A DNA stretch of 64,000 nucleotides. Origin: an uncultured Nitrospinota bacterium (GTDB lineage Bacteria > Tectomicrobia > Entotheonellia > J063 > CAVPRW01). The DNA lies in the NCBI GenBank assembly GCA_963707985.1, contig CAVPRW010000048.1, positions 96,001-160,000 on the forward strand. Direction: 5' to 3'. Each line of letters opens with the position of its first letter. The stretch's first letter is position 1. The position numbers were made by a program, and so were the translations under genes. The notes beneath the pieces were generated by a model. That model had not been told where the DNA came from and made no database searches. It saw only the letters and a program-made list of their open reading frames with translations. Of the stretch, positions 1 to 11,387 are shown one piece after another.

Positions 1-176
1 ACGCCATGAAGGCCACGTTTTATGCGGCGGCATTGCTCGATTTCATCGACAAGGTCGAGGGTTAAGGCCAGGCCATTGGAAGATAGGGCAATCGATACTC
101 TCTGCGATTGCCCTAAACTGCAACATGGCTGTCCTACTAGCCAGGTTGACACACGAAAATGTTTGCCCCGTGGTGG

Positions 177-1451
177 CTATACATTGCCTTTTGGAACATC
201 TCCCACGCCACCATCGCTCTGACGAGATCCCTCCCACGTCACATGCAAATGTTGCAGGGCACGGTTAATCAAGCTGGGCAGGTAGGTGATGCGTTGGCCT
301 GGTACCAGGCGCAGATCCGGCAAGCGCTCCAGGAGCACCTCGATGCCAATGCGCGCCTCTAGTCTCGCCAGTGTGGCACCGATGCAATAATGGATGCCAT
401 GCCCCAGAGAGAGATGTTTGTCGGCGTTGAAGCGGCCCAAATCAAAGTGCTCCGGCTCGGCAAACAGCCGTTCGTCCCGATTGGCTGAGGCAAAGGCCAG
501 AAAGATGCGGGCGCCGGCGGGGATCGCCACACCGGCGATGGTGACATCTTGGGTCGCCGTACGAAACATTCCTGGGATGGCCGCATCGTGGCGCAGTCCT
601 TCTTCCACGACGTTGGGGACTAATGATGGATCAGCCTGCAAGGCTTGCCAGAGATCAGGTTCGCGTATCAGATGGAAAAAGGTGTTGCTGAGCAAGTTGG
701 TCGTGGTTTCCTGGCCGGCGAAGAGGAGTTGCTGCAACAGGGAGTTCAGCTCCACATCATCTAAGGGCCGTTCGCCATCCACCTCGACATGGATGAGTGC
801 CGAGAGCAGGTCCGACTGCGGATGATGCCGACGCTCGGCGATCAGGGCATCGGCATAACGCCTGAAAGCCACTTCGGTGCGCGCCGATTTGAGCTGTTGT
901 TCTTCGCTCATCCCTGGAACAGCGAGCAATATGTGGTCTTGGCACCACTGCTTGATGAAATCGGCATCTTCGACCGGCAGGCCAACGAACTCCAACAGCA
1001 CGCGCATGGGCAGTGGATAGGTATACTGCCGTACCAAATCGGCGTGACCAGCAGCGTAGAACTGATCGATCAACTCGTGGGCGATGGTATGCACGCGTGG
1101 CGCGATGGCCGTGACATGTTTGGGGGAGAAGGCTTTGCTCACCAGGCTCCGCGTGCGTCGATGGGTAGGTGGATCTTCGTTCACCAGGAGACGGATCTCC
1201 GGTGGAATTTGCGCCAGCTCAGCCTGCACTTCCGGACTTGGGGCCACAGGATTGCGGAAGAGGTGGGACGAGGAGAAGCGGCTGGGATCGCGCAAGATGG
1301 CCAGCACGTCATCATAGCGAGTGACCACCCAGGCGCCATGGATCGGGCTAAAAAAGACCGGCGCTTCCTGCCGTGCTTGGGCATACACGGGATATGGATT
1401 CTCTATATGGGGTGACACCAGCGGGTTAAAATGAACCGGGCAGGTTGACAT
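177..1451 (-). CDS. Cytochrome P450
   Basis: I-helix AGQETT, K-helix EGLR (ExxR) and heme motif LGHGIHYCIG; start placed at ATG 1451 after a GAGGA RBS. Confidence 0.95.
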   Translation of the reverse strand: MSTCPVHFNPLVSPHIENPYPVYAQARQEAPVFFSPIHGAWVVTRYDDVLAILRDPSRFSSSHLFRNPVAPSPEVQAELAQIPPEIRLLVNEDPPTHRRTRSLVSKAFSPKHVTAIAPRVHTIAHELIDQFYAAGHADLVRQYTYPLPMRVLLEFVGLPVEDADFIKQWCQDHILLAVPGMSEEQQLKSARTEVAFRRYADALIAERRHHPQSDLLSALIHVEVDGERPLDDVELNSLLQQLLFAGQETTTNLLSNTFFHLIREPDLWQALQADPSLVPNVVEEGLRHDAAIPGMFRTATQDVTIAGVAIPAGARIFLAFASANRDERLFAEPEHFDLGRFNADKHLSLGHGIHYCIGATLARLEARIGIEVLLERLPDLRLVPGQRITYLPSLINRALQHLHVTWEGSRQSDGGVGDVPKGNV

Positions 1452-2167
1452 GACGTTCCTCTGTTGTATCGGGTCGTGCTCGTCGTATGTCATGTGCTGG
1501 ATGGCGCCGAGCCTCTCGCCGAACCAGCTATAGAGTAGTGCCTGGCCGAGACGAAGTGGCACAATCGCTTTTCCCAGCTCGATCGTCGCGCATGAATGGT
1601 GAGTACTTCGTGCCTGCGGAGGAAAATCCGAGTCACCTCCTGCTCTGTTGGAGGTGACTGATGCTGAAACGCTTCCGCCGTGGGGCGGTCGTCCTGTTGC
1701 TGTCGTACCTTGCCGTGTGCCGTGCGCTCAGCCATGCGCCCAACTCACCCGCAAGATCGTCGTTCATTATAGCATGGGTGTACGATCGCCACAGGAGCCA
1801 CGCCTCCTCATGCCCTTCAGCTCCCGCTCATTTTTAAGTATACTCTGCATAGACAAGGTTTGTCTCGCCGATGGTCTCGAGCGCATGCTTGGCGAGTGTG
1901 AGCGTCTGCCACGCCTGGGGCAATAGGGCCGAAGTGCCTGGGCGCTGGCGTGCAGATGCTTAATTTCAGTCAGGGAGCCATGCCACACGGCTTGGTCGTC
2001 CTGACCATGGAACGCATTGGTAAGCAGGGTCTGTCGGCACTCCGGGCTCACACCGTGCCCGACGTCCCCATCGCCTGCTGACCGCTTGCGGATAGAAACC
2101 GTTTCGATTGGAAAAGTCGCTTGGTGGCACATCGAGAAATATCTGTCAGCAGACAGGGGGGCAAGCC

Positions 2168-3955
2168 ATGATTCACGCACAGGAACGTGGCACCGAGGCA
2201 TGGTGGACGGAAACCGGCGCGGAGGAATGGGCGGATGCGATTGTCGCCGCCATGAAGCTGGGCGGCGTCGATAACCTCTTCTTCGTCTCCGGCTCGGAGC
2301 TCAGCTTTTTTCAGGAGGCCATCGCGAAAGCCCAGAGCCTGGGCCGACCCGCGCCGCGCTTGGTGACGATGACCCACGAGCATGTGGCCCTGAATGCGGC
2401 CTTGGGGAACGCCATGGTCCGCAACCAGCCGGCGGCCACCGCGGTGCACGTCGATGTCGGCACCTTGCACTACGGCGCCGCCATTCATACCGCTTGGCGT
2501 GGCGGTTATCCCGTACTGATGATGGCCGGCACTGGGCCGCGGGCCTTTCCCGACTCGATGCGAGGCGCCCGCGGCAGCGGCGTGCAATGGGTCCAGGAGC
2601 CTCGCGACCAGGGCGAAATCGTGCGGCAGTATACCAAACTGGATCACCGGACTGGAGCATCAGGACAATCCAGGGCTGATGATCAGCCGGTTGCTCCAGG
2701 TGGCGATGAGCGAGCCCAGGGGGCCGGTCTACGTCAGCGTGCCGCAGGAGACCGCCATGCTGCCCCTAGCGGGGACCACCCGGTTTCCTACACGCGACCA
2801 ACTGGGCTTGGCCCGGCCCGTCTGGCCCGATCCCTCCGACGCCCGCCAGATCGCCACGTGGCTGGTGCAGGCCGACAACCCGGTGCTCTATACCAGCAGG
2901 GCCGGCCGCGATCCCGAGGCGGTGACGGAGCTGGTACGGCTCGCGGAGCTGCTGGCCATCCCGGTCATGGAGTCCGGCAGCGCCGACCGGCTGAATTTCC
3001 CGATGACGCACTGGGCCTATGGCACCGGCCCTGCGGCGAAAGATGCCGACGTGGTGTTAGTGATGGAAGACATCGTGCCGTTCACACCCGGACGCGACTC
3101 CCCCAGCCCCGAGGCCAAGATCGCCTGGGTCGCCATCGACCCGGTTCTGTCGCGCTATAAGACCATGGAGTTCCGGGCCGACCTCTGGATCCCTGCCGCT
3201 GTAGCCGCGGTGGCCCGTGCAGTGCACGAAGCCGCCACCGGCATGCTGACGCAAAGCGCCATGAGCCGCATCGCCGACCGCCGTGCGCGGCTGGAGCAGC
3301 GCAAGCGCGACATCGTCGCACGTGAAGAGGCCCTGGCCCAGGAGGATATCGAGCATGGCAAGCTCACGTGGACGGGTGGTGGGGTACGAGCTGGGCAAGC
3401 TGCTCGCGCCCGATGCCATCGTGCTCAACGACGGCTTGAGCAACGGCGGTTTCGTCCAGAGCTATGCGCGCCGTACCCAGCCAGGCACGTACTTTCGCAG
3501 TGGCAGTAGCTCCGGTGGTTGGGGCAGTGGGGCCTCATTCGGCGTGAAGCTGGCCCGTCCCGACCAGGACGTCATCCATGCCACAGGCGACGGATACTTC
3601 ATGTTCGGCACTCCCTTGCCGGCCCTGTGGGCGGCCAGCCACCATCAGGCGGCCTACATGGCAGTCGTGTTCGTCAACGGGTCGTACAGCACCGGCACGT
3701 CTGGCCTGCGCAGTGCTTACCCCGAGGGCTACGGCATGTCGGCGGGGAACTACGAGGGTGGCACCTTCGAGCCACCGCCAAACTTCGCCAAGCTAGCCGA
3801 AGCTGTCAACGGCTACGGCGAGCAGGTCACCGAGCTGTCCCAACTGGCGCTGGCGCTCGAAGCGCGGCCTCGAGCACACCCGTAATCACATCCCAGCCGT
3901 CATCGCCGTGCGCGTGCCTGGGCCCATGCAAGGGGCCTGGGGCAGGGAGTCGTGA
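2168..3955 (+). CDS. Thiamine pyrophosphate-dependent enzyme (acetolactate synthase/decarboxylase-like), split by about 3 frameshifts
   Basis: N-terminal LFFVSGSE...HEHVALNAALG and C-terminal TPP motif GDG...VFVNGSY are spread over ORFs 2108-3160, 2679-3509 and 3283-3885; shifts near 2650, 3365 and 3860 are probably sequencing errors. Confidence 0.85.
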
Positions 3956-4055
3956 GACCAGGGAGACGTCGTTTTGGTTATAGATAGCGGCCATCTCTTG
4001 ACCCACAACGCGAATCGCCTCCCGCGGCTCGGCTACGGATCAGAGGAGAATCATC

Positions 4056-4976
4056 GTGGTCCAGTTTTCCTTTCGCCCTCCCAATGCAGATTATCTTGGC
4101 TTTGAAGCGACCCCAGCGGGGATTATCACGACAGCGTGCAAGGCGGAGGCCCTGGGGTTTGATGCGGTGCTCGTGAACGACCATATCATCGTCGATAGCT
4201 CCCAGCGGTCCGCGGTGTGGACCAATACCTACGACCCATTGATCGCCCTGTCCTTTATCGCGGCTCACACCAGACGCATTCGCCTAGGAACCTCAATGCT
4301 CATCATGCCGTATCGCAACCCCATTGCCACCGCGAAGATGCTGGCCACGCTGGATCGGATGTCAGCCGGGCGTGTCATCGCTGGCGTGGGGGTCGGATGG
4401 GATGAAGCCGAGTTTCAAGCCCTGGGGGTGCCGTTTCATGAGCGCGGTGCACGCACCACAGAATACCTGCGTCTCTGGCAAGCCTGTTGGGCGCCGGGTG
4501 AGGTGTCCTTCGAGGGCAAGTTCTTTGCCTTCGCCAACATGCACGTCAGTCCCAAGCCGCAGCAGCAACCGCATCCCCCGATCTGGATCGGTGGCTCCAG
4601 TCCTGCGGCCTTGCGACGAGCAGCGGCGTTCGCCCAGGTGTGGCAACCCACACCGATGCCGTTGGCGGAGTTGATTAACCTACAGGCCGATCTGCGCCAG
4701 GCCTGTGAGAAGATCGGACGTCAGGACACTCCGGAAACGCGCATGAGCTTTCGAGTGAATTTCAGCGCGATTACAGGCAATACGACGCCATCGGGGGCAG
4801 AACGGCCAACGGGGCAAGGCACACCGCAGCATGTGGCGGAGGACATCCAGCGCCATCGGCACGAGGCTGGATTGGAGGCCTTCCAGATTAATTTCAATGG
4901 CTGTCATAGCCTGGAACAGCTCTTGGCCTCGATGGATTGCTTTATGCAGGAGGTCAAACCCCTGGTGGAGCCATAA
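4056..4976 (+). CDS. LLM class (probably F420-dependent) oxidoreductase
   Basis: AEALGFDAVLVNDH, IRLGTSMLIMPYRNP and PPIWIGG motifs of luciferase-like monooxygenases. Confidence 0.9.
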   Translation: MVQFSFRPPNADYLGFEATPAGIITTACKAEALGFDAVLVNDHIIVDSSQRSAVWTNTYDPLIALSFIAAHTRRIRLGTSMLIMPYRNPIATAKMLATLDRMSAGRVIAGVGVGWDEAEFQALGVPFHERGARTTEYLRLWQACWAPGEVSFEGKFFAFANMHVSPKPQQQPHPPIWIGGSSPAALRRAAAFAQVWQPTPMPLAELINLQADLRQACEKIGRQDTPETRMSFRVNFSAITGNTTPSGAERPTGQGTPQHVAEDIQRHRHEAGLEAFQINFNGCHSLEQLLASMDCFMQEVKPLVEP

Positions 4977-5035
4977 CAGCACAATGCCGTGAACACTTGG
5001 GCTTATGAGGTGAGTTACTTGCGAGGGGGTGCGTT

Positions 5036-5953
5036 ATGCCTACTGACCTGACATTACAGAAGGTGCGACTATCGGTGAGCAACGCGGTTCACTCTCTAGC
5101 AGTCTTGGTGGCACGCGATGAAGGCCTCTTCCGCGACCAAGGGCTGGATGTGGAGATCGTCAGGACGCCCGGCTCAGCCCATGTCGACACGGACCGCCAG
5201 GCCGTGCGCGAGGCCATCTTCGAGCGCCCCCTGGAGGCCCTGTACAACACCGGCGGGATGGACCAGTTCCGCCTTTGTGAATGGGGCGTCATGAAGCGCG
5301 CGGTGGATGGGGAGCTGTGCGGTCAGCGGCCGGCCAAGATCGTCGGCCTGGGCGCCGCCATGTCCAAATTTGCCATTGTGGCATCCCCTCACAGCGGCAT
5401 CTTCGAGCCGGAGCAGCTCAAGGATCGGCCAGTGGCGGTGACGATTTACAACGGTTCCCACTTCACCACCCTGAAGATGTTGGAAGGCTTTCTGCGAAGG
5501 GAAGATATCAAGGTCACCAACGCAGGGACGATGCCTCAACGGCTCGAAGCCGTGCGCCGGGGTGAGTTGGCGGCCGCGACGTTCAACGAGCCCTGGATCA
5601 GCGTGGCCCAGAAGCAAGGCTTCCGCATCATCATGGAGAGCCACTCCACCCGTAGTGAGGCAGCTGGCGACGAGATGGACGGCTCGACCCTGGCGGCATT
5701 GTTCCGCGCCGAGGCCGAGGCCGCGCACATGATCAATGCCAATCCAGGTCGATATGCCCATTACCTCACGGAAGAAGCCCGTGGTTTGCTGGAGCCGCAC
5801 GAGCTGCAGACCTGGCGCCTCCTGTACGCGCCACCGGCTCCATACACCCGAGAGCGTTTCGGGCGCACCTACCAGTGGATGCTGGGGTATCCCGAGTTGG
5901 TCGCTCCAGGTGCAACGTATGAGGCGGTCGTCGACAACCGTGCGTGGGAGTAG
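5036..5953 (+). CDS. ABC-type substrate-binding protein (SsuA/THI5/NMT1-like)
   Basis: VARDEGLFRDQGLDVEIV and RLEAVRRGELAAA...EPW pattern. Confidence 0.7.
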   Translation: MPTDLTLQKVRLSVSNAVHSLAVLVARDEGLFRDQGLDVEIVRTPGSAHVDTDRQAVREAIFERPLEALYNTGGMDQFRLCEWGVMKRAVDGELCGQRPAKIVGLGAAMSKFAIVASPHSGIFEPEQLKDRPVAVTIYNGSHFTTLKMLEGFLRREDIKVTNAGTMPQRLEAVRRGELAAATFNEPWISVAQKQGFRIIMESHSTRSEAAGDEMDGSTLAALFRAEAEAAHMINANPGRYAHYLTEEARGLLEPHELQTWRLLYAPPAPYTRERFGRTYQWMLGYPELVAPGATYEAVVDNRAWE

Positions 5954-6052
5954 ACCAGTACATCTGGAACGCTCAAGCGCCTGCCGGACCAGCGCGCCGA
6001 GCCGCCGCTGCCCATCTGAGGGACGACGGGGCGCGACCTGATAAGCATTCCT

Positions 6053-7786
6053 TCACAGGCGCGCCTGGCGCATCTCATCTTGCAGAGCGGGGAGTTGTCG
6101 ATACTGGGCCCGCAGCGATTGCAGATAGACATCCCAGTCGGCAACAGCATCGATGGATTTATAGACCGCTTTCATCCGTTTCAGGTATTGCACCGCCTGC
6201 TGATAGGTCCGCCGGTCCCGTCCGCGGATGGCGTGCTCGACCAGCTCCGTATAGAGTGCCAGCGCTTCCCGCGCATGGCTTTTCTCGGCCGCCTGCGCCA
6301 CCTGCCACTGGTAGTGCCCTTGCTCCCACGGCTGCATCCGGGGGAGCAGCTCAAGGGCTCGTGAAACATCCCCCTCGTGCAGGGCGATCACGGTGAGGGG
6401 GCCGAATCGTTTACTTCCCTCCAGGGCTTTGAGTGCCTCGGCCCGCACCTGGTCCCAGGTACCCAGCTTGCGACTCACCTCTCGTAAGGCCTGGAATGCT
6501 TCGGCGGATGGGCGCAGTAGGAAGCCTTTCTGCTGCCAGGTGAGCGCCTCCCGGCGGCGGCCATGTTTGCGGTAGTACTTCACCAGCCAGTCCATGCACC
6601 ACGCCGAGCCACGCTCTCCTTGTGCGTGCTCGCTGACGAGCGCCACCGCCGTCTCCGCCGCGCCTGCCGCCACGAGCGCATCGGCAAATTCGCTGACCAG
6701 ACCGGGCTTGTCGGCAACCAACTGCCGCATCAAGCCCACGGCCTCGTCGATCCTTCCCTCATCGATGAGCAAAAAAGCGCGCTGCTCAGGCGTGCCCAGC
6801 TCCCGGATGAGCGCCCCGGCGTCTTCAGCCCGTCCCGTGCGCTCCTTGCATTCGCGCAGGAGGTTGACCAGGGCCTGCCGCGCCCAGTCGCCACTCTTCT
6901 GGATCTCCGCTCGCACCCGCGCTTCGATCCACGACCAGTCCGCAGCGGTGGCCTGCTCCAAGAGGGCGTCCCAGGCGCTCGGTGCCAGGTCGATCCCGCC
7001 CAGGGCGATATCGGTCAGTTCGGCCTCCAGCAGCGCCTCCAGCCATCGCTGACGCGTTTCGCTGTCCGGATGTCCCGCTTCGAGGCACCGGCTCACCCCC
7101 TCGGCCACCTCGTTCACGAACATGGCGATGTCGCCTTCTTCATCCATCTCCTGCAACTCGTCGCTGTAATCGCTGACCGTCTCGGCTAGCAGCACATGAT
7201 ATACCCCGCCCGCGCCCAGCCAATCTCCAGCCTTCTCCAGGCGAGCCGCGGTATCCCGCAGCGCCCAGAGCTCCCGGTCGATGGCACGCAAGCTATCAGC
7301 GCGCAGCGCCCGCCGGATCTGGCGGCGATACATTTCCAGATTCGTCGGCCCGCCCAGCTGCGTGGCCGTGGACAATTCCACGACCGACATCAGGTCGGGA
7401 TAGCGCTTGATCATCTCCCCGATAAGGGAGATAAGTTCCTGTTGACTGCGTGAGGCGAGCAATGCCTCCAGCGGCGGGATGACCCGAAACGCCTGAGGCT
7501 CGTGGACATAAGCGAGCAGTAGGGCGACGAGATGCTTGCAGATACCAGCGCCCGAATAAGGGCAGGTGCATGCGCTGCTGCCAAGCCCCTTACCCTCCAG
7601 GGTGGCGCTCACCTGATAGGGCTCATATTGCGAGCCCTCACACTCCGCCCGTAACTCCATCCCCTGACGCACGGGGTCGAGGATCGCCCCGCTGTGGTAA
7701 TAGCTCTTGCCCCGCTCAAAGCTCGCTCCACTCGCCATGCCGCGGATGCTCGATTCGCTCAGCTCGGGTAAGGTCTCCGTCACCAT
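6053..7786 (-). CDS. SWIM zinc-finger domain protein with helical C-terminus
   Basis: SFERGKSYY and CTCPYSGAGICKHLVALL (CxC...CxH); GGAGGG RBS before ATG 7786. Confidence 0.85.
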   Translation of the reverse strand: MVTETLPELSESSIRGMASGASFERGKSYYHSGAILDPVRQGMELRAECEGSQYEPYQVSATLEGKGLGSSACTCPYSGAGICKHLVALLLAYVHEPQAFRVIPPLEALLASRSQQELISLIGEMIKRYPDLMSVVELSTATQLGGPTNLEMYRRQIRRALRADSLRAIDRELWALRDTAARLEKAGDWLGAGGVYHVLLAETVSDYSDELQEMDEEGDIAMFVNEVAEGVSRCLEAGHPDSETRQRWLEALLEAELTDIALGGIDLAPSAWDALLEQATAADWSWIEARVRAEIQKSGDWARQALVNLLRECKERTGRAEDAGALIRELGTPEQRAFLLIDEGRIDEAVGLMRQLVADKPGLVSEFADALVAAGAAETAVALVSEHAQGERGSAWCMDWLVKYYRKHGRRREALTWQQKGFLLRPSAEAFQALREVSRKLGTWDQVRAEALKALEGSKRFGPLTVIALHEGDVSRALELLPRMQPWEQGHYQWQVAQAAEKSHAREALALYTELVEHAIRGRDRRTYQQAVQYLKRMKAVYKSIDAVADWDVYLQSLRAQYRQLPALQDEMRQARL

Positions 7787-7897
7787 AGAAGCACCCTCCA
7801 ATCGTCGCTTCCCTTCCGTTCGAACCTGAGTGCGATGCCCCACCGGGACGCGGGGACAGCTGAATACTGGCGGGCGATGTTCAAGGGAGACACATGG

Positions 7898-8332
7898 TCA
7901 GCCTTCAGCTGTGCTCATCGCCAGCGCAAACGCTTGCTGGTGGAGCTGTTCGCGATCGATCATGGCTTCGAGTTGTGTGTCCGTATGTTGCCCCTCGAAA
8001 GCTTCGAGAGCTGCACGCTTTAAAGCATCGGGGTAGGCTTCTGCCATGACCTCGCGCACTTCCTGTTCGGAGAGATAGAAACCGCCCGACTTGCGTCGTT
8101 TGTTCACACGTTGTATTGGGCGGCTGGCGTTCCAGATGGAGTATTCCCAAGAGCGCGCTGTCCGCCGTTCGGCGTGCTTCTTGATCAGATGCAGGAGCAG
8201 CACGACCGCAAAGCTATCGATTTTATTGATCTTATCATCCTTGGACAGCTCTTCCATCTCTTCGATAAGCCGAAGCGCTTCGGCGTACTGTCCCTGCTCG
8301 ATATACGCCTTGAGGTCGAAGAGTTCTTCCAT
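7898..8332 (-). CDS. DUF29 family protein
   Basis: LIEEMEELSK...LLLHLIK...SWEYSI...YPDALKRAALE pattern. Confidence 0.8.
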   Translation of the reverse strand: MEELFDLKAYIEQGQYAEALRLIEEMEELSKDDKINKIDSFAVVLLLHLIKKHAERRTARSWEYSIWNASRPIQRVNKRRKSGGFYLSEQEVREVMAEAYPDALKRAALEAFEGQHTDTQLEAMIDREQLHQQAFALAMSTAEG

Positions 8333-8613
8333 ATCGTGCCCCCTCTGATGAGGTACTCCTGAAGGCTGGAGAGCCGCTGGGCCACTCGCCAATCCTCCCA
8401 GCCTGCCAGCTTCAACATGATCCGCTGGCGTTTCTATCTCTTAGCCGATCTCCCTTGAATGCAGAGGAGGAAGAGGGGAATGGGTCGGCCATAGCCAGCG
8501 CCTGCAGGCCGCCTGAACCAATATCTGAGCGCTCAGCGATCGGAGGACTGAGGCTCGACATCTGTCAGCCCTTCATAACCGCAAAGACTTTCAGCGTTGG
8601 GCTGTCGCACTGG

Positions 8614-8893
8614 CTATTCAGCGCGGCCTGTCAGTTTGTCGAGCCCCGCAAAGATCTCGTGTAATACCGCTGTACCAACGCTGCCAATACGCTCTTGCAC
8701 GCGATGTCGATCGATAGCCCGTAGCTGGAACACTAATGCAACCGAAGCCTGGCGTAATCCGTTCTCAGCCGTGGGCAGAATGAGCGCTGTTCCAGCGAAG
8801 CGCATAGCTGCCCTTGCCGTGGTCAGTGGGACGACCAGCACGACGGGCAACCCTCCGGCGTATTGATCATCCTGAAGGATCACCGCTGGCCTG
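8614..8893 (-). pseudogene. PemK/MazF-type toxin lacking its N-terminus
   Basis: RPAVILQ...VLVVPLTT...NGLRQASVALVFQLRAIDRHRV; the usual first ~20 residues are absent. Confidence 0.8.
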
Positions 8894-9049
8894 TTCCCAT
8901 TGGTCAAATTCTGCCTGCAATGCCGGCGTGACATCCGCTGGGCCGATGATAATGTCCACGTGGGCTCCATCAGGCAAAGGTGTGTCATTTTGGGGTACTA
9001 CGAGACCGTTTTTAACGATCCCTGGGATTACCACACGTTTGGTGGCCAT
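8867..9049 (-). pseudogene. Small antitoxin-like gene, 3' end fused to the pemK remnant
   Basis: MATKRVVIPGIVKNGLVVP...LPDGAHVDI...AEFDQWEQAS directly upstream of pemK. Confidence 0.55.
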
Positions 9050-9469
9050 GTTGTGCGCCTCCGAAGTTCTGGTTCGCTCGTTCTGCAAGGCAGCTTTCTC
9101 AACAAGCTGGTATTCATGATGCCAGCCGCCCAGGGTCAGACACGCCACCACCCATACATATTCCGGAAGTGGGTGTCGGTGTGCGTATAGCGGTCCTGAT
9201 CGTGAGGAGGGCAGCCGTGGGATGCCCAGCCCTAAAACCATGTGAGGGCGGCCAGCATTGTCATGTCATACCCATGCTTTCAAGACTCGCCGCAGGTGAT
9301 CATCCGTCAGACGCTGTAGGGGGTGGGCTCCATGCCTTGGCTCGACCAAGAGAAGCGACCGGGCTTCTCTCGTTGCCAATGCCATGAAGACACTGACATC
9401 GACCACATTCCTCACGCCGATCCTTCTGTCCAATGGAAGATCTAAGCCACCCCTTGCGAATGACGGGGT

Positions 9470-9678
9470 AAAGTCGTCACGACAGAGATAGTTTTCGTGT
9501 GCAAGAGATCGAGGAACTCCCGCTATGAGAGCCCTAAAAGCTCTGACGCCTTTCCTCTTGTGATGCGGCGTTCCCGGAATAACTCCAAGACCACCGCCTC
9601 GGTGAGGGCCTGGGGTAGGCCTTCGTCAGGCCCAAGCAATTGGGCCGGTTCATCGGGAACTTGAATGGTCTTTGACAT
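9470..9678 (-). pseudogene. UPF0175-family antitoxin with an internal stop
   Basis: Manual translation MSKTIQVPDE...LELFRERRITRGKASELLGLS*REFLDLL; AGGAG RBS; 3' end approximate. Confidence 0.65.
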
Positions 9679-9844
9679 GGTGATCTCCTGATCTGATCCT
9701 TGTCGTGGAGTAGATCAACCAATCCCTTATTTAAAATCTTGCCGCCAGGATCACCCGGACATCTTCATCCAGCCGCAGAGCAGGGCTGGCCGTGACCAAA
9801 CCGGTCCCCTTTGCGCCAGCCAAGCTTCGAGCTTCCCCGAGGTC

Positions 9845-10010
9845 GTCTGCTCAGCCTCCCCGCACTCACCGACGAGGATATTTCTGCGATCTCACAACTT
9901 TTAACGTTCGTCGTCATCATCCCCGTCGACTCTCGCCTGGCCCGTTTGGCTGGATACCTTCGCCGAGCCTATCCCCTAAAAACCGCCGATAGTGCCACTG
10001 CCACCACAGG
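9845..10010 (+). pseudogene. PIN/VapC toxin internal fragment
   Basis: IIPVDSRLARLAGYLRRAYPLKTADSA matches the VapC C-terminal L(K)xxDA motif; no N-terminus. Confidence 0.6.
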
Positions 10011-10146
10011 CTGGCAGATCAACACGGCCTTCATGAAGTGTGCGAACGGCGCGATTCGCCAGCATGTGGCGGCGGTCGGTCGGCGCGTCGTCACTCTCTG
10101 CAAAGGCTAGGAGGGCGTACGCCACCAGCTGGCCCTCTACCACGGC

Positions 10147-10437
10147 CTATTTCACGATCACTGCCAAGCGGAGATTCAGCGCGTTTAAGAGCGCGGTCAG
10201 GCTAGCGAGTTGAGGATTCCCCTGCTCGGACAGCATGCGGTAGAGGCTTTCGCGATTCAAGTGGGCTTCCGTCGCGAGGTGGCTGATACCCTTCGCTTCT
10301 GCCACATTTCGTAACGCACACAGGAACAACGCCGTGTCCCCTTCCTGCAAAGCGGCGTTGAGATATTCCACCGCTTCAGCAGGGTCTTGGAGAGCAGCCA
10401 AGAGCGACTCTTGATAGCTTTTAGTGAACTTCGTCAT
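10147..10437 (-). CDS. Addiction-module antidote protein (HigA-like HTH antitoxin)
   Basis: AVEYLNAAL...ALRNVAEAKGISHLA...LNRESLYRMLSEQGNP. Confidence 0.9.
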   Translation of the reverse strand: MTKFTKSYQESLLAALQDPAEAVEYLNAALQEGDTALFLCALRNVAEAKGISHLATEAHLNRESLYRMLSEQGNPQLASLTALLNALNLRLAVIVK

Positions 10438-10777
10438 GCTCGCGCCTCCTGCGTTGATACTCCACCCAATAATCTTGGGCTTTCCGGATATCGGCGGCTT
10501 GGGTACCCTTATCGCCACCCCATAAGAGTAAGAGGGTGGTGGGACCGCTCTGCGTAAAGTGGACACGGTAGCCAGGCCCATAATCGATCCGGAGTTCCGA
10601 CACGCCCGCCCCCATTGGATGGGCATCGCCAGGATTCCCCAGGCTCAACCGGTCAATCCGCACGCGAATCCGGGCGCGGGCTCTGGCATCCCGCAGGGCC
10701 AGCAACCACTCCTCAAACGGCACCCGGGCATCCGAGGTGACATATAGTTCGATGTGTTGTGGCTGGGCTTCCCCCAT
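10421..10777 (-). CDS. RelE/ParE-family addiction-module killer toxin (HigB-like)
   Basis: PFEEWL...RIDRLSLGNPGD...GVSELRIDYGPGYRV...GGDKGTQAADI; overlaps the antitoxin. Confidence 0.92.
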   Translation of the reverse strand: MGEAQPQHIELYVTSDARVPFEEWLLALRDARARARIRVRIDRLSLGNPGDAHPMGAGVSELRIDYGPGYRVHFTQSGPTTLLLLWGGDKGTQAADIRKAQDYWVEYQRRRREHDEVH

Positions 10778-10784
10778 AGCCAGT

Positions 10785-10813
10785 AATGTAGCTTATAAGC
10801 TACGCGGTGACAA
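10785..10813 (-). promoter_or_regulatory. Sigma70 promoter with a palindromic TA operator
   Basis: TTGTCA-17 nt-TACATT on the minus strand; perfect 16-bp palindrome GTAGCTTATAAGCTAC at 10788-10803. Confidence 0.7.
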
Positions 10814-11277
10814 GCCAGGAAGAGTCTGACATTGTTGGTGAAGGCGTTCGGTTGCGTACCTCTAGTCCCAGGAGACGCATGGTCGGCAGATTCCTGTCGA
10901 ATCGTAGCCCACCGCCACGAGCATTCCCACGTTCATGCCTGTGGCAAAACTCATCGCACGATAGTTATGGCTTTGGGCATCTTCCCTGAAGACAGCAAGC
11001 GAACCGCTGAGGGCGCAATGCTACGGACTTACGATAGACCGCATCCCGATCCTTGCCATGCCAGTGCACCTTGCCGATCTGCATTTCCAGACACTCGTTC
11101 GTCTCCGGGTCCTCGACCAGGCCCCATGCGGACGCAGATCGCGTTTCGCTTGCGGCGCTGGTCATGACATCGTCTATGTCGTAGGGTCAAAAACCCCAAA
11201 CGCATTTCCTTCCCAACGTTTATGGACCCGCTACCGCTTGCTCCTGGCCATGATTTCCCTCTGGCGACGCCCCATAC

Positions 11278-11387
11278 GGTTCTGTCGCAAATTTGCTTTT
11301 TCGCGAGTTTTGAGGTCTGTAAGTCGTTGAATTGCGGATACTCGATTTTCGGATTTTGCCCCTAAAATCGTAATTTGCGACAGAACT
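11278..11387. mobile_element. 110-bp MITE with IS6-family-like terminal inverted repeats (copy 1)
   Basis: GGTTCTGTCGCAAATT...AATTTGCGACAGAACT; identical by eye to 36853-36962. Confidence 0.85.
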
